Source: Ramazzottius varieornatus
Lineage: Eukaryota; Animalia; Tardigrada
Direction: 5' to 3'
Assembly: GCA_001949185.1 (NCBI GenBank)
Contig: BDGG01000008.1
Coordinates: forward strand, 558,001 to 622,000
Length of the DNA stretch: 64,000 nt
The notes below the pieces were generated by a model. That model saw only the letters and a program-made list of their open reading frames with translations. It was not told where the DNA came from and searched no databases. Both the position numbers and the translations under genes were made by a program. Shown here one piece after another: positions 62,335-64,000 of this stretch (positions within the stretch are counted from its first letter, which is position 1; each line of letters starts with the position of its first letter).

Positions 62335-62930
62335 TTTTCCACCCCGGATTGATTTGCTGGCCTACGCCTGGTGCCAATGGGTAGGGTTTTTAACGGAGGG
62401 ATTAGACAGTCATCTGGATGGGATCAGATGCCGATCCCATGGATCCGGAAAGCAGTCGGATGGATATAACTCCCATCCGATTCGGTTGCCGATGGATGGG
62501 TCTTCTATCCGGATGATCCGGATAAAACACTCGAAGCTTAGAGACTTACAGATGACACAGCGAATTATGATTCGTAGGTTTTGACATGCTGTTTTGCGGA
62601 AAGCATAGACGATACAGTTTGATAGTCCTCCGTCAACATAGTCTGCATATCCTCAAAAATTAAACCCCAAGACTCTAAATGGCAAGACAGAAATTGCGTA
62701 AACAAAACTACGCTCAAAAGACAAGCTTGTAGGGAGAGTGCGAAGTTTTGTCGGATTACCCGCCGGTGTATTGGACTGTTTGATTACGCGTTAGTAGTTT
62801 TGGTTTTATCCGGATAGGAAGCCTATCCAATCCAACTTCTATCCGGATTCATCCGGGTCCATCCGTTGTCGGATTGGATATGAACAACAATACCAATGGG
62901 AGACTTGCTTTTTCATCCGGGGGAATCCCC
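62335..62930. repeat. Degenerate inverted-repeat element rich in ATCCGGAT/GGATGG motifs
   Basis: atccggataaaac (62516) is inverted relative to gttttatccggat (62803); ccccggat and atccgggg lie at the outer ends. Confidence 0.45.
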
Positions 62931-64000
62931 GACCAAAGTGGTTTACACCCGGTCGGCTTTCGACTACACCGGCGAGTCAAGCCGGGTTTTATGCCGCAAA
63001 TTCAGAAATTCTAGAGCTGTGCCGAAGTTAAGACCAGTGTTATTCTACTAATGGTTTTGGAATTTTAATGTCTATTACAATTAATAAAATTTTTCCTCAA
63101 ACCGTAATTTTAATTGTTGCAGGTTTGGATTGGCTGAATTCTCTATTGTATATTAATTTTAATTACATCTGGATCTCTAATTAAAATTATTTTAATTATG
63201 GTCCGTCTGTAAGTTTGCATTAACCGAGTAATCAGCAGGGATATGTATCCGTTGTTATGTCATCTTGTTCAGATAGTATGTCATTCCACATGTCCATCGA
63301 ACGGTAGGAAAAGAAGAGCAAACTGCGAGTTTAACAGATATCACTATATTTAAATCAAGTCGAATAATCAATGCACCAAATTCACGGTATGAGATTGTGT
63401 AATCGAGTGCGTCAATTTAACTGAAGCGGAAGTTTAGAATCAGCGCTCCGAATCCATCTCTTGTACTGATTAACCAGCTCTCGTCCGGGATAATATTTAC
63501 TAAGGGATTTTCGTGGTACAATACACTGTGGATTTGCAAGGCATCTTGTTTAATTAAAATTCGAAGCCCAGCCCTTCCAGATTTTAATTATTTTAATTGC
63601 TGCAAGTACGGATTTCAATTACCTAATTTACTGTTGACTTGTGGGTCTACTTTTACTGTAATTTTACTATATAGTAAAATTCGTCGTCTCGATTTCATAG
63701 TTTTAATTATTATAGTAAAATTCAAAAGTCCCAGTTTTCGGCTATTTTCAATTATTTCCATTAGTAGAATAACACTGGTTAAGACTTCAACCGGATTGTT
63801 GATTGTGTTGGGAACTTTGGATTTATATACGTGGAACAGCGCAGCAGCGGGTCACTTTGAAGTTCGTCCTGATTCCCTGATCCCTGATTCCTGATCGGAG
63901 CGCCGAAGAAATCGCTGTACAAGGTTGGTCTGTGCGCCGTACTTCACGGTCCGACAAACCAAGTGGAGACTCGCTGGAGTGGAATTAGAGCGATCGGATC

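Overview
Compact, intron-rich animal genomic DNA. An ecdysone receptor makes it an ecdysozoan; the short introns, high gene density and a UVDE gene suggest a tardigrade (inference). Genes in order: cyclin K (-, runs off the left edge, missing from the ORF track); ecdysone receptor EcR (-) with three candidate alternative N-terminal exon sets and about 10 kb of non-coding upstream DNA; SAYSD1 (+); eIF3h (-); a GRAF/oligophrenin-type RhoGAP (+); an intron-containing UV-damage endonuclease (UVDE/UvsE) with an H1-like, AT-hook-bearing basic tail (+); a 5-HT7-like aminergic GPCR (+); a secreted Gly/Met/Asn-rich micro-exon gene with an apparent mutually exclusive exon pair (-); two tandem tetraspanin-like genes (-); a Nup62-like FG nucleoporin (-, containing a 50-N gap); two SLC22-family transporters (+) flanking an RS/Cys-rich orphan gene; and a spliced pseudogene (-). 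About 13 copies of a ~130-bp foldback element (core AAGTGGCGCAC-N~25-GTGCGCCACTT) are spread through introns and non-coding DNA. All exon models were assembled by hand from GT-AG sites and reading phase; no database searches were run.
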